Part shown: positions 16,223-24,445 of the stretch, piece after piece
Numbering within the stretch: the first letter of the stretch is position 1
How the letters are laid out: every line of letters begins with the position of its first letter
NCBI GenBank assembly: GCA_037380845.1
Contig: JARRRI010000031.1
Location: 1 to 31,799 of the forward strand
Length of the DNA: 31,799 nucleotides
Reading direction: 5' to 3'
Source of the DNA: Candidatus Sulfobium sp.
GTDB taxonomy: Bacteria > Nitrospirota > Thermodesulfovibrionia > Thermodesulfovibrionales > UBA6898
Program-made: the position numbers and the translations under genes
Notes under the pieces: model-generated
What the model was told of the DNA's origin: nothing
The model's input: the letters and a program-made list of their open reading frames with translations, nothing else
The model's database searches: none

Positions 16223-17956
16223 TCAGATGCTCGGTCTGACGGCCTTGAGGAAAAGCTGCAGATACCTGCCGCCGTTCCATTGATTGATTCCCGGGGTAAA
16301 AACCGCATCTATGGCAGCCGGGGAATCGAGGTCGTCGTAGAGGGCGGCCATTCCGAATCCTATGGCATCCATTGTCCGGGAATGCTTTCTTACGGTCAGC
16401 TTGAGATGTCTGCCGCCGACAATCCTGGGGTTCACAACCGATAAATCCCTGGTTCCAAGGAGCGGCTCGGGGTTTGCGTAACCCGTCGGCTCAAGCAGCT
16501 CCAGTTCTTTCACCAGTGCATGGGTAACATCGGCCAGCCTGACCGAAGCATCTATCTCCAGGGAAGGGACAAGTTTATCTTCCTCCACTTCTCTTTCCAT
16601 TATGTCCTTCATCGCTCTCACAAATTCCGGGATATGCGCCGTCTTCATCGTAAGGCCGGCAGCCTGCTTGTGCCCTCCGAAGGACAACAGAAGTTCTCTG
16701 CAGCCCGTCAGGCCGCGGCATATATCGAAGGCGGGTATGCTCCGGGCCGAACCCCTGGCGACACCCTCTTTTACGGACAATATAAAGGCCGGCCTGCCAT
16801 ATTTCTCAGCCATCCTTGACGCGACAATCCCAAGAACACCCTGGTGCCAACCTTCGGCTGAGAGTATGATAACCGGACCGGGTTCTGAGGGACCCAGCTT
16901 TTCGGCCGCCTCCTGATAAACCTGCTCCTCTATCCTTTGACGGTCGGAATTAAGACCATCAAGCCACGCGCTCAGATCCGCGGCTTCGTCCTCCTTTTCA
17001 GAAAGCAAAAGACGCACTACATCGCCGGAATCTCCCAATCTTCCCGCGGCGTTCACCCTCGGCACCATGGTAAAAGATAAGGACCCGGCTTTGACCTCCT
17101 TCGCTCCCAGTCCGGAAACTTCCTTCAGGGCCCTGATGCCGGGCCTTTTGCCGTTGCGGATGTATTCCAGTCCCTCCTTGAGAATAATCCGGTTTTCCCC
17201 CGTCAGGGGGACCACATCGGCAACCGTTCCGAGGGCAGCCAGGTCGAGCAGGGGAAGGAAAGCGTCTCCTGAAAAACCCGGCATGCCCGCTGCCGCAAGG
17301 GCCTGTGCAAACTTGAAGGCGATCCCGGCCCCGGCAAGCTCCCTGAGCCCGGAATCGCCTGTCATCAGCTTAGGGTTCACCACTGCAAGCGCCTCAGGCA
17401 GTACGAAATCACCATGGCCGGTGTCGAATTCACCTTTTCCGGAAGCCGTAGCCGTCAGGGGTTCGTGGTGGTCGGTGATGATCACATCGATCCCTCGGGC
17501 CTTCGCTGCGGAAGAGGCCTCGAAGGAAGTAATCCCGCAGTCGACCGTGATAATAAGCCGGGCATTTGCAGCAACCGCCGCCTGGGGGTGAAATCCGTAT
17601 CCATGCACCATGCGATGGGGGATAAAATAATGCGCCTCAACCCCGATCATCCGGAGCGCACAGACCATGATCGCCGCAGCGGTCAGGCCGTCGGTGTCGT
17701 AATCCCCGTGGACCAGAACACGCTCCCGGCGGCGCGAGGCTTCCCGGACCCTCTCCACGGCGAGCCGCATGCCGGGGAGACCGAAGGGATCGGACAGAGC
17801 CGTGATTCCGGACGAAAGAAAGTCCCCTACATCACCGGCTGTTCTTATCCCCCTGTTGATAAGGACCTGGGCAAGGACGGGTGAGACTGAAGCGGTCTTT
17901 GACAGGTAATCAATGAATTCGGGGTTCGTCCTGTTTAAAAACCAGCGCCTCTGCAC
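16223..17956 (-). CDS. recJ: single-stranded DNA-specific exonuclease RecJ
   Basis: GDYDTDG, TVDCG, TDHH, GTVADVV, PRVNAAGR, GSARS and GGHKQAAG motifs. Confidence 0.95.
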   Translation of the reverse strand: MQRRWFLNRTNPEFIDYLSKTASVSPVLAQVLINRGIRTAGDVGDFLSSGITALSDPFGLPGMRLAVERVREASRRRERVLVHGDYDTDGLTAAAIMVCALRMIGVEAHYFIPHRMVHGYGFHPQAAVAANARLIITVDCGITSFEASSAAKARGIDVIITDHHEPLTATASGKGEFDTGHGDFVLPEALAVVNPKLMTGDSGLRELAGAGIAFKFAQALAAAGMPGFSGDAFLPLLDLAALGTVADVVPLTGENRIILKEGLEYIRNGKRPGIRALKEVSGLGAKEVKAGSLSFTMVPRVNAAGRLGDSGDVVRLLLSEKEDEAADLSAWLDGLNSDRQRIEEQVYQEAAEKLGPSEPGPVIILSAEGWHQGVLGIVASRMAEKYGRPAFILSVKEGVARGSARSIPAFDICRGLTGCRELLLSFGGHKQAAGLTMKTAHIPEFVRAMKDIMEREVEEDKLVPSLEIDASVRLADVTHALVKELELLEPTGYANPEPLLGTRDLSVVNPRIVGGRHLKLTVRKHSRTMDAIGFGMAALYDDLDSPAAIDAVFTPGINQWNGGRYLQLFLKAVRPSI

Positions 17957-17965
17957 ATCAGAATC

Positions 17966-18877
17966 TCATCTCTTTGCAAAAGGCCGGTTCTTCTTCCAGA
18001 GGAGCAGAACCGGACTGGCCACATAAATGGAAGAATAAGTGCCGACGATGATGCCCGCAAGAATGGCAAAGGCAAAATCATGGATGACATCCCCGCCGAA
18101 AACAAACAGGGCAAGGGCTGCGAGGAAAGTAGTCAGAGAGGTTATTATGGTCCTTGAGAGCACCTCATTGATGCTCCTGTTGATGACGCCAGGTACCGGC
18201 TCCTTTGACTGTATTCTCAGGTTCTCTCTTATCCTGTCGAACACAACGACAGTGTCCGTGAGCGAATAACCCGCTAGCGTAAGAAGCGCGGACACAACTA
18301 TAAGATTTATCTCCTTCCCCAGAATGAAAAATATACCCAAAACCGCGATAACGTCGTGAAATGTGGCAATAGTCGCCCCGACACCGAACTGAAATTTAAA
18401 CCGAAAAGCAACGTATATGAGTATGCCGAGAGCCGCCATAATGATGGCCTTGGCCGCATCGGACCGGAGCTTGCTGCCCACCTTGGGACCGATGGACGTC
18501 GTCAAATCCACGACGTATTTCGCCCCTGAGAGGTTCTTCGAGACAGCGCCCGTGATCTCGTGTGCTATCTTGTTAATGTCACCCTCGGAGCGCTTGGTGC
18601 TTATTATCACCCTGTTTTCGGAGGGAATGTCCTGAAGGGTTACGTCCTTCAGGCCTGCCTTATCCAGGGCGGACCGGACGCTCTGGAGCTTCACGGGGTT
18701 TTCGAATTTGAGTTCGACGGTCGTGCCGCCTGCGAAATCTATGCCCAGGTTGGCCTTTCCGGTTGCAAGCCCCACAATAGCGATGATCCCGAGGATCATG
18801 AGCGAACCGGACACGAGAATCGTGATATATTTTTTTCCTATAAAATCTATATTGGTTTTCCTGAGTATCTCTAACAT
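17966..18877 (-). CDS. secF: protein translocase subunit SecF
   Basis: GIDFAGG, GYSLTDTVVVFDRIRE, SRTIITS; start MLEILRKTNIDF after GGGGG RBS. Confidence 0.95.
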   Translation of the reverse strand: MLEILRKTNIDFIGKKYITILVSGSLMILGIIAIVGLATGKANLGIDFAGGTTVELKFENPVKLQSVRSALDKAGLKDVTLQDIPSENRVIISTKRSEGDINKIAHEITGAVSKNLSGAKYVVDLTTSIGPKVGSKLRSDAAKAIIMAALGILIYVAFRFKFQFGVGATIATFHDVIAVLGIFFILGKEINLIVVSALLTLAGYSLTDTVVVFDRIRENLRIQSKEPVPGVINRSINEVLSRTIITSLTTFLAALALFVFGGDVIHDFAFAILAGIIVGTYSSIYVASPVLLLWKKNRPFAKR

Positions 18878-18885
18878 GGCGCCCC

Positions 18886-20508
18886 CTATATGCTGACCTT
18901 TTTGATGTTGTATCTGCTTGTAATCAGGTCGAAAATCGATTTCGTGCCGACGAGGGCCGTGAACAGGTTGATGGCGACGCCCAGGCTTAGGGTCACGGCG
19001 AACCCCTTGATCGGCCCCGTACCGAACTGAAACAGCACCGCCGCCGTGATGAGGGTAGTAACGTGGGAATCGAATATCGTCCACCAGGCCTTGTCATAAC
19101 CCGAGTCGACAGCCGATCGAGGAGGTTTCCCCGCCCGTATCTCCTCCCTTATCCTCTCGAACATGAGCACGTTTGAGTCAACAGCCATCCCGACGGCGAG
19201 AATAACTCCCGCGATGCCCGGCAGCGTCAGAGTGGCATTAAGAAACGCCATGGCGCCGAAGAGAAGAACAAGATTCAGGACCAGGGCAAAGTCTGCGATC
19301 AGACCGGACATCCTGTAATACATGAACATGAACAAGATAACTGCAATGGTGCCGATAATGCCGGCTATCTTGCCTGCCTTTATTGAATCGCTCCCAAGCG
19401 TGGGTCCTACCGTGACATTCTGGAGCATCTTCAGCGGCGCCGGGAGTGCGCCCGCCCTGAGGACAATGGCAAGGTCCTTCGCCTCATCCATTGTAAAATT
19501 GCCCGTTATCTGTGCGCTGCCGCCCGAGATCTTCTCCTGGATGACGGGGGCGGAATAAACGTTGTTGTCGAGGATGATAGCAAGTCTTTTCTTGACATTT
19601 GCCCCTGTTATCTCTTCGAACCGCTTTGCCCCTTCGGCATTAAAGGATATGGAAACATAGGGCTCTCCGAACCGTGAATCCAGACTGACCTTCGCCTCAC
19701 TGAGAGAATCACCGGTAAGAACGGCGTCCTTCTTGAGAAGAATGGGTACTTCCCTTACTATGCCGGTATCCGGATTGAGCTTCCGCTCGAAGAGGATCTG
19801 GTCCCCGGAAGGTATCTTGCCGGCGAACTCCTTCAATACCGACTGCTGATCGCCCGGTTGAATAGCCGATGGCAGCTGTGCCGCCACAGGCGATGAATCG
19901 TCTACCAGTTTGAATTCGAGCTGAGCCGTCTTTCCGATAAGGTCTATAGCTCTTTCGGGGTCTTTCACCCCCGGGAGCTCCACGACGATTTCGTTTTCGC
20001 CCTGACGCTGGATCGACGGTTCGGCCACTCCAAACTGGTCTATGCGGTTCCTGATAGTTTCGAGCGCCTGGTCGGCTGCGTTGTCCCTTATCTTGGCGGC
20101 CTCCTTGCCGGACATCTTCAGGACCAGTTTCTGGCCCCTTGAGACCGTCTCCAGGACGGGATAATTCGTCCTCACCATCTTCGCGATTTCGGGGCTGGAC
20201 GGGGTGACATCGATATTGAGGCCCGTCACGTTTACGTCCGCCTTGATGTTATTCTTTTCGGCGGTGCTTTTGATAAGGTAGGCAAACCGCTTGAGAGAAG
20301 TCTGCACTGCCTTGTCTCCCTCGACTTCATAGACGAGATGAAGGCCGCCCTGAAGGTCCAGGCCCATGACAATACCCTTGTGGGGCATGCTCTTCTGCCA
20401 CCATTGAGGCATGTATTTAAACAGAGGCGTGTTCGGGAGAAAAAATACGATCGCTACCACCACCGTGACCCCTATGAGCAGGAACCTCCAGAAAACATTC
20501 TTTTTCAT
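18886..20508 (-). CDS. secD: protein translocase subunit SecD
   Basis: [43 protein letters not shown]. Confidence 0.96.
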   Translation of the reverse strand: MKKNVFWRFLLIGVTVVVAIVFFLPNTPLFKYMPQWWQKSMPHKGIVMGLDLQGGLHLVYEVEGDKAVQTSLKRFAYLIKSTAEKNNIKADVNVTGLNIDVTPSSPEIAKMVRTNYPVLETVSRGQKLVLKMSGKEAAKIRDNAADQALETIRNRIDQFGVAEPSIQRQGENEIVVELPGVKDPERAIDLIGKTAQLEFKLVDDSSPVAAQLPSAIQPGDQQSVLKEFAGKIPSGDQILFERKLNPDTGIVREVPILLKKDAVLTGDSLSEAKVSLDSRFGEPYVSISFNAEGAKRFEEITGANVKKRLAIILDNNVYSAPVIQEKISGGSAQITGNFTMDEAKDLAIVLRAGALPAPLKMLQNVTVGPTLGSDSIKAGKIAGIIGTIAVILFMFMYYRMSGLIADFALVLNLVLLFGAMAFLNATLTLPGIAGVILAVGMAVDSNVLMFERIREEIRAGKPPRSAVDSGYDKAWWTIFDSHVTTLITAAVLFQFGTGPIKGFAVTLSLGVAINLFTALVGTKSIFDLITSRYNIKKVSI

Positions 20509-20595
20509 GTAACTTCTGAACCTCCGTTTTGTTTGTCTGCGGCAAAAAGATTTCCGCCGGATCCCCGGAAAAATATCAGGGCAGACGGGTAAAAC

Positions 20596-20922
20596 TTATT
20601 CTTCATCCGATTCTCTTACCGTCGCAATATAGCCCTTTCCGTACTTCACCCGCACGTTCTCGGCTATCTTCACAATCACCGTATTGGGCCGGACATCCTC
20701 CACGACCCCGTATTCTCCTCCCGAGGTTATCACTTTGTCTCCTTTTTTCAGCCTGTCCAGCATCGCCTTATGTTCTTTCGCCCTTTTCTGCTGAGGCCGT
20801 ATCAGGAGAAAATAAAATATCACAAAAATCAGAATCAGCGGAAGAAAACCGAGCAAACCGCCGCCTTGTCCCTGCCCCCCCTGCGGGTTCGGCCCCATAG
20901 CATATGCCAATTCTGCAAACAT
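20596..20922 (-). CDS. yajC: preprotein translocase subunit YajC
   Basis: FYFLLIRPQQKR, LKKGDKVITSGG; GGAGGTG RBS. Confidence 0.95.
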   Translation of the reverse strand: MFAELAYAMGPNPQGGQGQGGGLLGFLPLILIFVIFYFLLIRPQQKRAKEHKAMLDRLKKGDKVITSGGEYGVVEDVRPNTVIVKIAENVRVKYGKGYIATVRESDEE

Positions 20923-20953
20923 CAGTCACCTCCCCTTAAAAAAATAATTAAAT

Positions 20954-20983
20954 ACTATACCTTCTTTAGACCCCTTTTATCAA
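20954..20983 (-). promoter_or_regulatory. sigma70 promoter of yajC-secDF-recJ
   Basis: TTGATA-18 bp-TATAGT. Confidence 0.6.
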
Positions 20984-21259
20984 GGCTGGGCGCCGGCCGC
21001 GGAGGAAAGCCCGGACTCCCCGGGTCTCGCCCGGCGGCAGGCAGATTCCGCCCCTTTTCCGGCGGCTGCAGAATGCCGTTTATCACGGTGCCAAGGCAGC
21101 CTGTGTCCATCCCCGACCGAGCGGCCGCCTGTTTGGCTGGATTGCTGTGGAGTATGAATAATTCAGGATGTATAATAGGAGGACACGCCGGAGCGGCATC
21201 AGGCGACCGGATGAAATGGAACGGTTTGTGATCTGCAGTGCGTCAGGGGCATCGAAAAA

Positions 21260-22312
21260 ATGAAATATTCGGAAGCGCTTAAAGACGGGTTCAGCCTGGT
21301 CAACAGGAACTTGCAACTGGTGGCGATCCAGGCCGCCCTGATGCTGGTCAACTGTGTTGGCTTCTTTCTCATCGTCGGGATCCCCCTCGGGATCGCCTTC
21401 GTAATCTTCGGACTCGACCTCACCGGGCTCGGGGAGCTTAAAAACGCGATCAACACGCTTCAAAACCCGGCCGACCTGCTTTCCAGGTATTTCGGTCTGG
21501 TCCTTATCGTCCTCATAAGTTTCCTCATCTATATCATTGTGGTAACGACGCTATGGCTGTTTGTTTTCGGGGGCGCCGCCGGCATTATCGGCAGGTCCAT
21601 TCTGGAACCCTTCCGGAAATTCACCATGCGGGGATTTTTCATTGAGGCGCGGAGGCTCTTTGCTCCTCTCCTGTGGTACTCACTCCTGGTGGGGCTTGTA
21701 TTCATCGCCGCCGCTTTCGTCCTGGGCTCTTTGAGCGGCGGCGTAGCCGCCATCGTATCCGCTGCCAAAGGCCAGGACTCTACACTCGCTCTTTTCCTCG
21801 GTATTTTTTTCTCCCTGGTCCTGGCCCTGATCGGCCTGGGCGTGATCCTCGGCATCCTTGCAACCGCCGTTTACGGCATCGCGGTGATCTTCTTCAAGGG
21901 CGAGGGGGCGGCGCGGTCCTTCAAAGGTGCCGCCGGATACCTGTGGGACCATCCGGACGCCTTCTGGCTATACGTACTTCTGCTCTGCGGATACGTTCTG
22001 GCAAGCTTCTTATTGACCCTCGCGGTCTATCCCTTCAACGTCATCCCTTTTCTGGGACCGGTCATCTCTTTGCCGTTCCGGATACTTTCATATGTCGTCC
22101 AGGGTTATCTCGGGCTCGTACTGATCGGGGCCGTCTTCACCTACTATCATTCGTCCTGTCCGGAGGCGGAAACAGCCGGGGCGGAAGACAAGCCCGGACC
22201 GGCTATGCCCCGCTGCGATGATAGTTCCATCGGGGCTGAAGATATTTCCCCCTCTCAAGTCCCCTTGCAAGAGATTCCTCGGCCGGGGACGGACCGGACG
22301 GAACAAAGCTGA
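21260..22312 (+). CDS. multi-pass membrane protein, unknown function
   Basis: 350-aa ORF with several long hydrophobic segments; the 3' end overlaps the convergent gene. Confidence 0.8.
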   Translation: MKYSEALKDGFSLVNRNLQLVAIQAALMLVNCVGFFLIVGIPLGIAFVIFGLDLTGLGELKNAINTLQNPADLLSRYFGLVLIVLISFLIYIIVVTTLWLFVFGGAAGIIGRSILEPFRKFTMRGFFIEARRLFAPLLWYSLLVGLVFIAAAFVLGSLSGGVAAIVSAAKGQDSTLALFLGIFFSLVLALIGLGVILGILATAVYGIAVIFFKGEGAARSFKGAAGYLWDHPDAFWLYVLLLCGYVLASFLLTLAVYPFNVIPFLGPVISLPFRILSYVVQGYLGLVLIGAVFTYYHSSCPEAETAGAEDKPGPAMPRCDDSSIGAEDISPSQVPLQEIPRPGTDRTEQS

Positions 22313-23006
22313 TATCGAAGGTCTCCTCAAAAGCCTCTTTGAGAACCTCCTTGAATTTCTCCTCACTCAGGCCCGGCTTCATCTCCATGATGCCGACCAC
22401 CCGCTTGCTCATTTCCGTTGTATCCTCACTTCCGAAAACCCTGCACATCTCTTCCAGATTATGAAAATATGGTATCGATCCCTGCTGAAGCAGGCCGTCG
22501 CTCCAGCGCTTCTGGGCGGAACCGATCACTTTTCTCCTGTCGACCAGGATTTCCCCCACGGAACTCGATTTAAAACAGAGGTGGCTACCGGCAAGGATGA
22601 TCCCCTTTTCCCTCTCCTTCCTGGCCTCACAGGAGATCCCCGTCTTCGCAAGAGCGAGATGGAGGGCTCTGCCGATCTTCCTGTAGCTGTCCAGGAGACC
22701 TTTTGAAAAGGGGGGTCGGTCGGTCCTGGCGGAAAAACCGTAGGTCAGCTCGCGGTCATGCAAAACAGCCCTTCCTCCCGTGGGACGCCTGACTATCGGG
22801 ATGTCGCGTGCTTTGCAATAAGCAAGGTCTATCCCGGAGACGTCCTGGAAACACCCCAAGGTCAGGGAAGCCTTGTCCCAGCCGTAAAGCCGCAGCGTCG
22901 GCGGCTCAGTCCCCTCCCTTACCGCCATCGAAACGGCCTCATCCAGCGCCATGTTGTAAGAGGCCGGGCATGGTCCCGAATCTATGAGTCTCCATTCTTT
23001 TCTCAT
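22203..23006 (-). CDS. lipoate-protein ligase / octanoyltransferase (LplA/LipM-like)
   Basis: NMALDEA, PTLRLYGW, VRRPTGGRAVLH, KVIGSAQ, LLQQGSI. Confidence 0.9.
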   Translation of the reverse strand: MRKEWRLIDSGPCPASYNMALDEAVSMAVREGTEPPTLRLYGWDKASLTLGCFQDVSGIDLAYCKARDIPIVRRPTGGRAVLHDRELTYGFSARTDRPPFSKGLLDSYRKIGRALHLALAKTGISCEARKEREKGIILAGSHLCFKSSSVGEILVDRRKVIGSAQKRWSDGLLQQGSIPYFHNLEEMCRVFGSEDTTEMSKRVVGIMEMKPGLSEEKFKEVLKEAFEETFDISFVPSGPSPAEESLARGLERGKYLQPRWNYHRSGA

Positions 23007-23103
23007 AAAAAAATTATAAACGAAAAACACAAAGAGTAACGGCCGCAAAGAAAGCACATTAGTTCCTATCTTCGACTTCCTCGCAAGAGCTCCTTCCTTG
23101 AGC

Positions 23104-23186
23104 CGTCATTTCCGAGGTCCTCAATCGGGAATGCATTCTTTCGGATAATCTGACCGGACTGGATACCCGCCTTCGCGGGTAAGACG
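23104..23186. repeat. GTCATTCC-type palindromic intergenic repeat (copy 2)
   Basis: CGTCATTTCCG...CGGGAATG, then TGGATACCCGCCTTCGCGGGTAAGACG. Confidence 0.6.
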
Positions 23187-23335
23187 ACTCACAAGACTCA
23201 CATCTTCGGGGTCTCAGGATTCATGTGTGTTCCGTGCGGCCGGCGTGGCTCGAAACAGCCCGCATCCCGGACCCCGGTGAACTATTGCCTGAAAACTATT
23301 AATATATTTAGAAGAAACCGTCTCCCGATGATGTT

Positions 23336-24259
23336 ATGACAAAAAAGATCCTGCTCCTTATCCTGGTCTCATCCTTGTTCGCCTCCCTGGCCGGCGCCGC
23401 CGACATGATGCAATACAGCGGACGCGGGGTTGTCGTAAGCTATCCTTCCGCGCTTCGCGGAGCGGCGGTGAGACTGACCCGCGCATACCCGGCCATCAGG
23501 TCTGACCTCGAAACAAAACTCGGATGGAAGGTGGATTTCTCTCCGCTCGTTGTCCTGGTCCGCCGGAATGTCGAATTCCGCAAAAGGGTCCGAAACGACC
23601 TTGTCACGGCCTTTGCAGTCCCCGGAAGGGACCTGATAGTCATAGATTATTCAAAAATGGAGGGAACCCCCTTCGATATCGACGCCACACTGGAACATGA
23701 ATTATGTCATCTGCTTCTGCACCGGAACATCCAGTCCCCGCCGAAGTGGCTCGACGAGGGCGTAGCCCAGTGGGCAAGCGGGGGGATCGCGGACATCATT
23801 AATCCCGGCGAAAAGAATATCCTGAAACAGACGTCCCTTTCCGGACGCCTCATGCCCCTCCAGTATCTCTCGGTGTCCTTCCCCGCCGAGCCGAGGGGGT
23901 TTCTCCTTGCCTACCAGGAAAGCAGGAGTTTTGTGGAATACATCGTCCGTGAGTACGGTGACGGGAAACTGCGCGCCGTTTTGCATCGTATGGAGGAGGG
24001 AGAGACCGCAGAAAAGGCTTTTACTGGCGCACTGGGCCTGGACCTCGACGGCCTTCAGGAAGCATGGGAAAAGAACCTCCGCAGAAAATACTCATGGCCG
24101 TCTTATCTGGCAAACAATCTCTTCTGGATCCTCTTTTTTGCCGCGGCCATAGTCACGCTGATCGGTTACCTTCAGGCGAAGAGACGGATGAAGAACTACC
24201 GCGACGAGGAAGAAGATGATTTCGTTGATGGACAACATCCTGGTGATAAAATGGGATGA
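23336..24259 (+). CDS. peptidase MA-like zinc metallopeptidase, membrane-anchored
   Basis: Signal peptide; HELCH (HEXXH) followed by PKWLDEGVA; C-terminal TM helix. Confidence 0.85.
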   Translation: MTKKILLLILVSSLFASLAGAADMMQYSGRGVVVSYPSALRGAAVRLTRAYPAIRSDLETKLGWKVDFSPLVVLVRRNVEFRKRVRNDLVTAFAVPGRDLIVIDYSKMEGTPFDIDATLEHELCHLLLHRNIQSPPKWLDEGVAQWASGGIADIINPGEKNILKQTSLSGRLMPLQYLSVSFPAEPRGFLLAYQESRSFVEYIVREYGDGKLRAVLHRMEEGETAEKAFTGALGLDLDGLQEAWEKNLRRKYSWPSYLANNLFWILFFAAAIVTLIGYLQAKRRMKNYRDEEEDDFVDGQHPGDKMG

Positions 24260-24286
24260 CTGATCATTACGACAGAGACGCTTTCA

Positions 24287-24367
24287 GGTCCCCTCGCCTG
24301 CGGGGAGGGAATAAGGGGTGGTTAATCATTCCAATACCGTCTCCCCCGCCTCCCACTCAAGGGGACC
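24287..24367. repeat. CCCTC/GAGGG-type palindromic intergenic element
   Basis: Terminal GGTCCCCT/AGGGGACC and an inner CCCTCGCC-TGCG-GGGAGGG hairpin. Confidence 0.45.
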
Positions 24368-24445
24368 GGAATATGTGGAAACCCGGTGAAGGGCATGGCT
24401 GCACTTTTTTTATGCCCTGGTTGCCGAATAACTGAGGGAAGAGCC

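Noticed and set aside
17966..19084. Extended ORF-track starts for secF (also 52, 476, 4922, 23057, 31115, 31531)
   Set aside because: Extensions overlap neighbouring genes or promoters; downstream starts have SD or leaderless signals and family-typical N-termini.
20983..21260. Functional RNase P RNA gene (rnpB)
   Set aside because: Too short, P4 complementarity is imperfect and the central conserved regions are absent; kept only as a low-confidence finding.
24368..24432. Possible c-di-GMP or ion riboswitch before the P-type ATPase (GGAAAC...GGTTGCCGAA)
   Set aside because: Lacks the GEMM-I GGCAAA/GNRA/GCAAA core and the GEMM-II pattern; only a simple hairpin is supportable.
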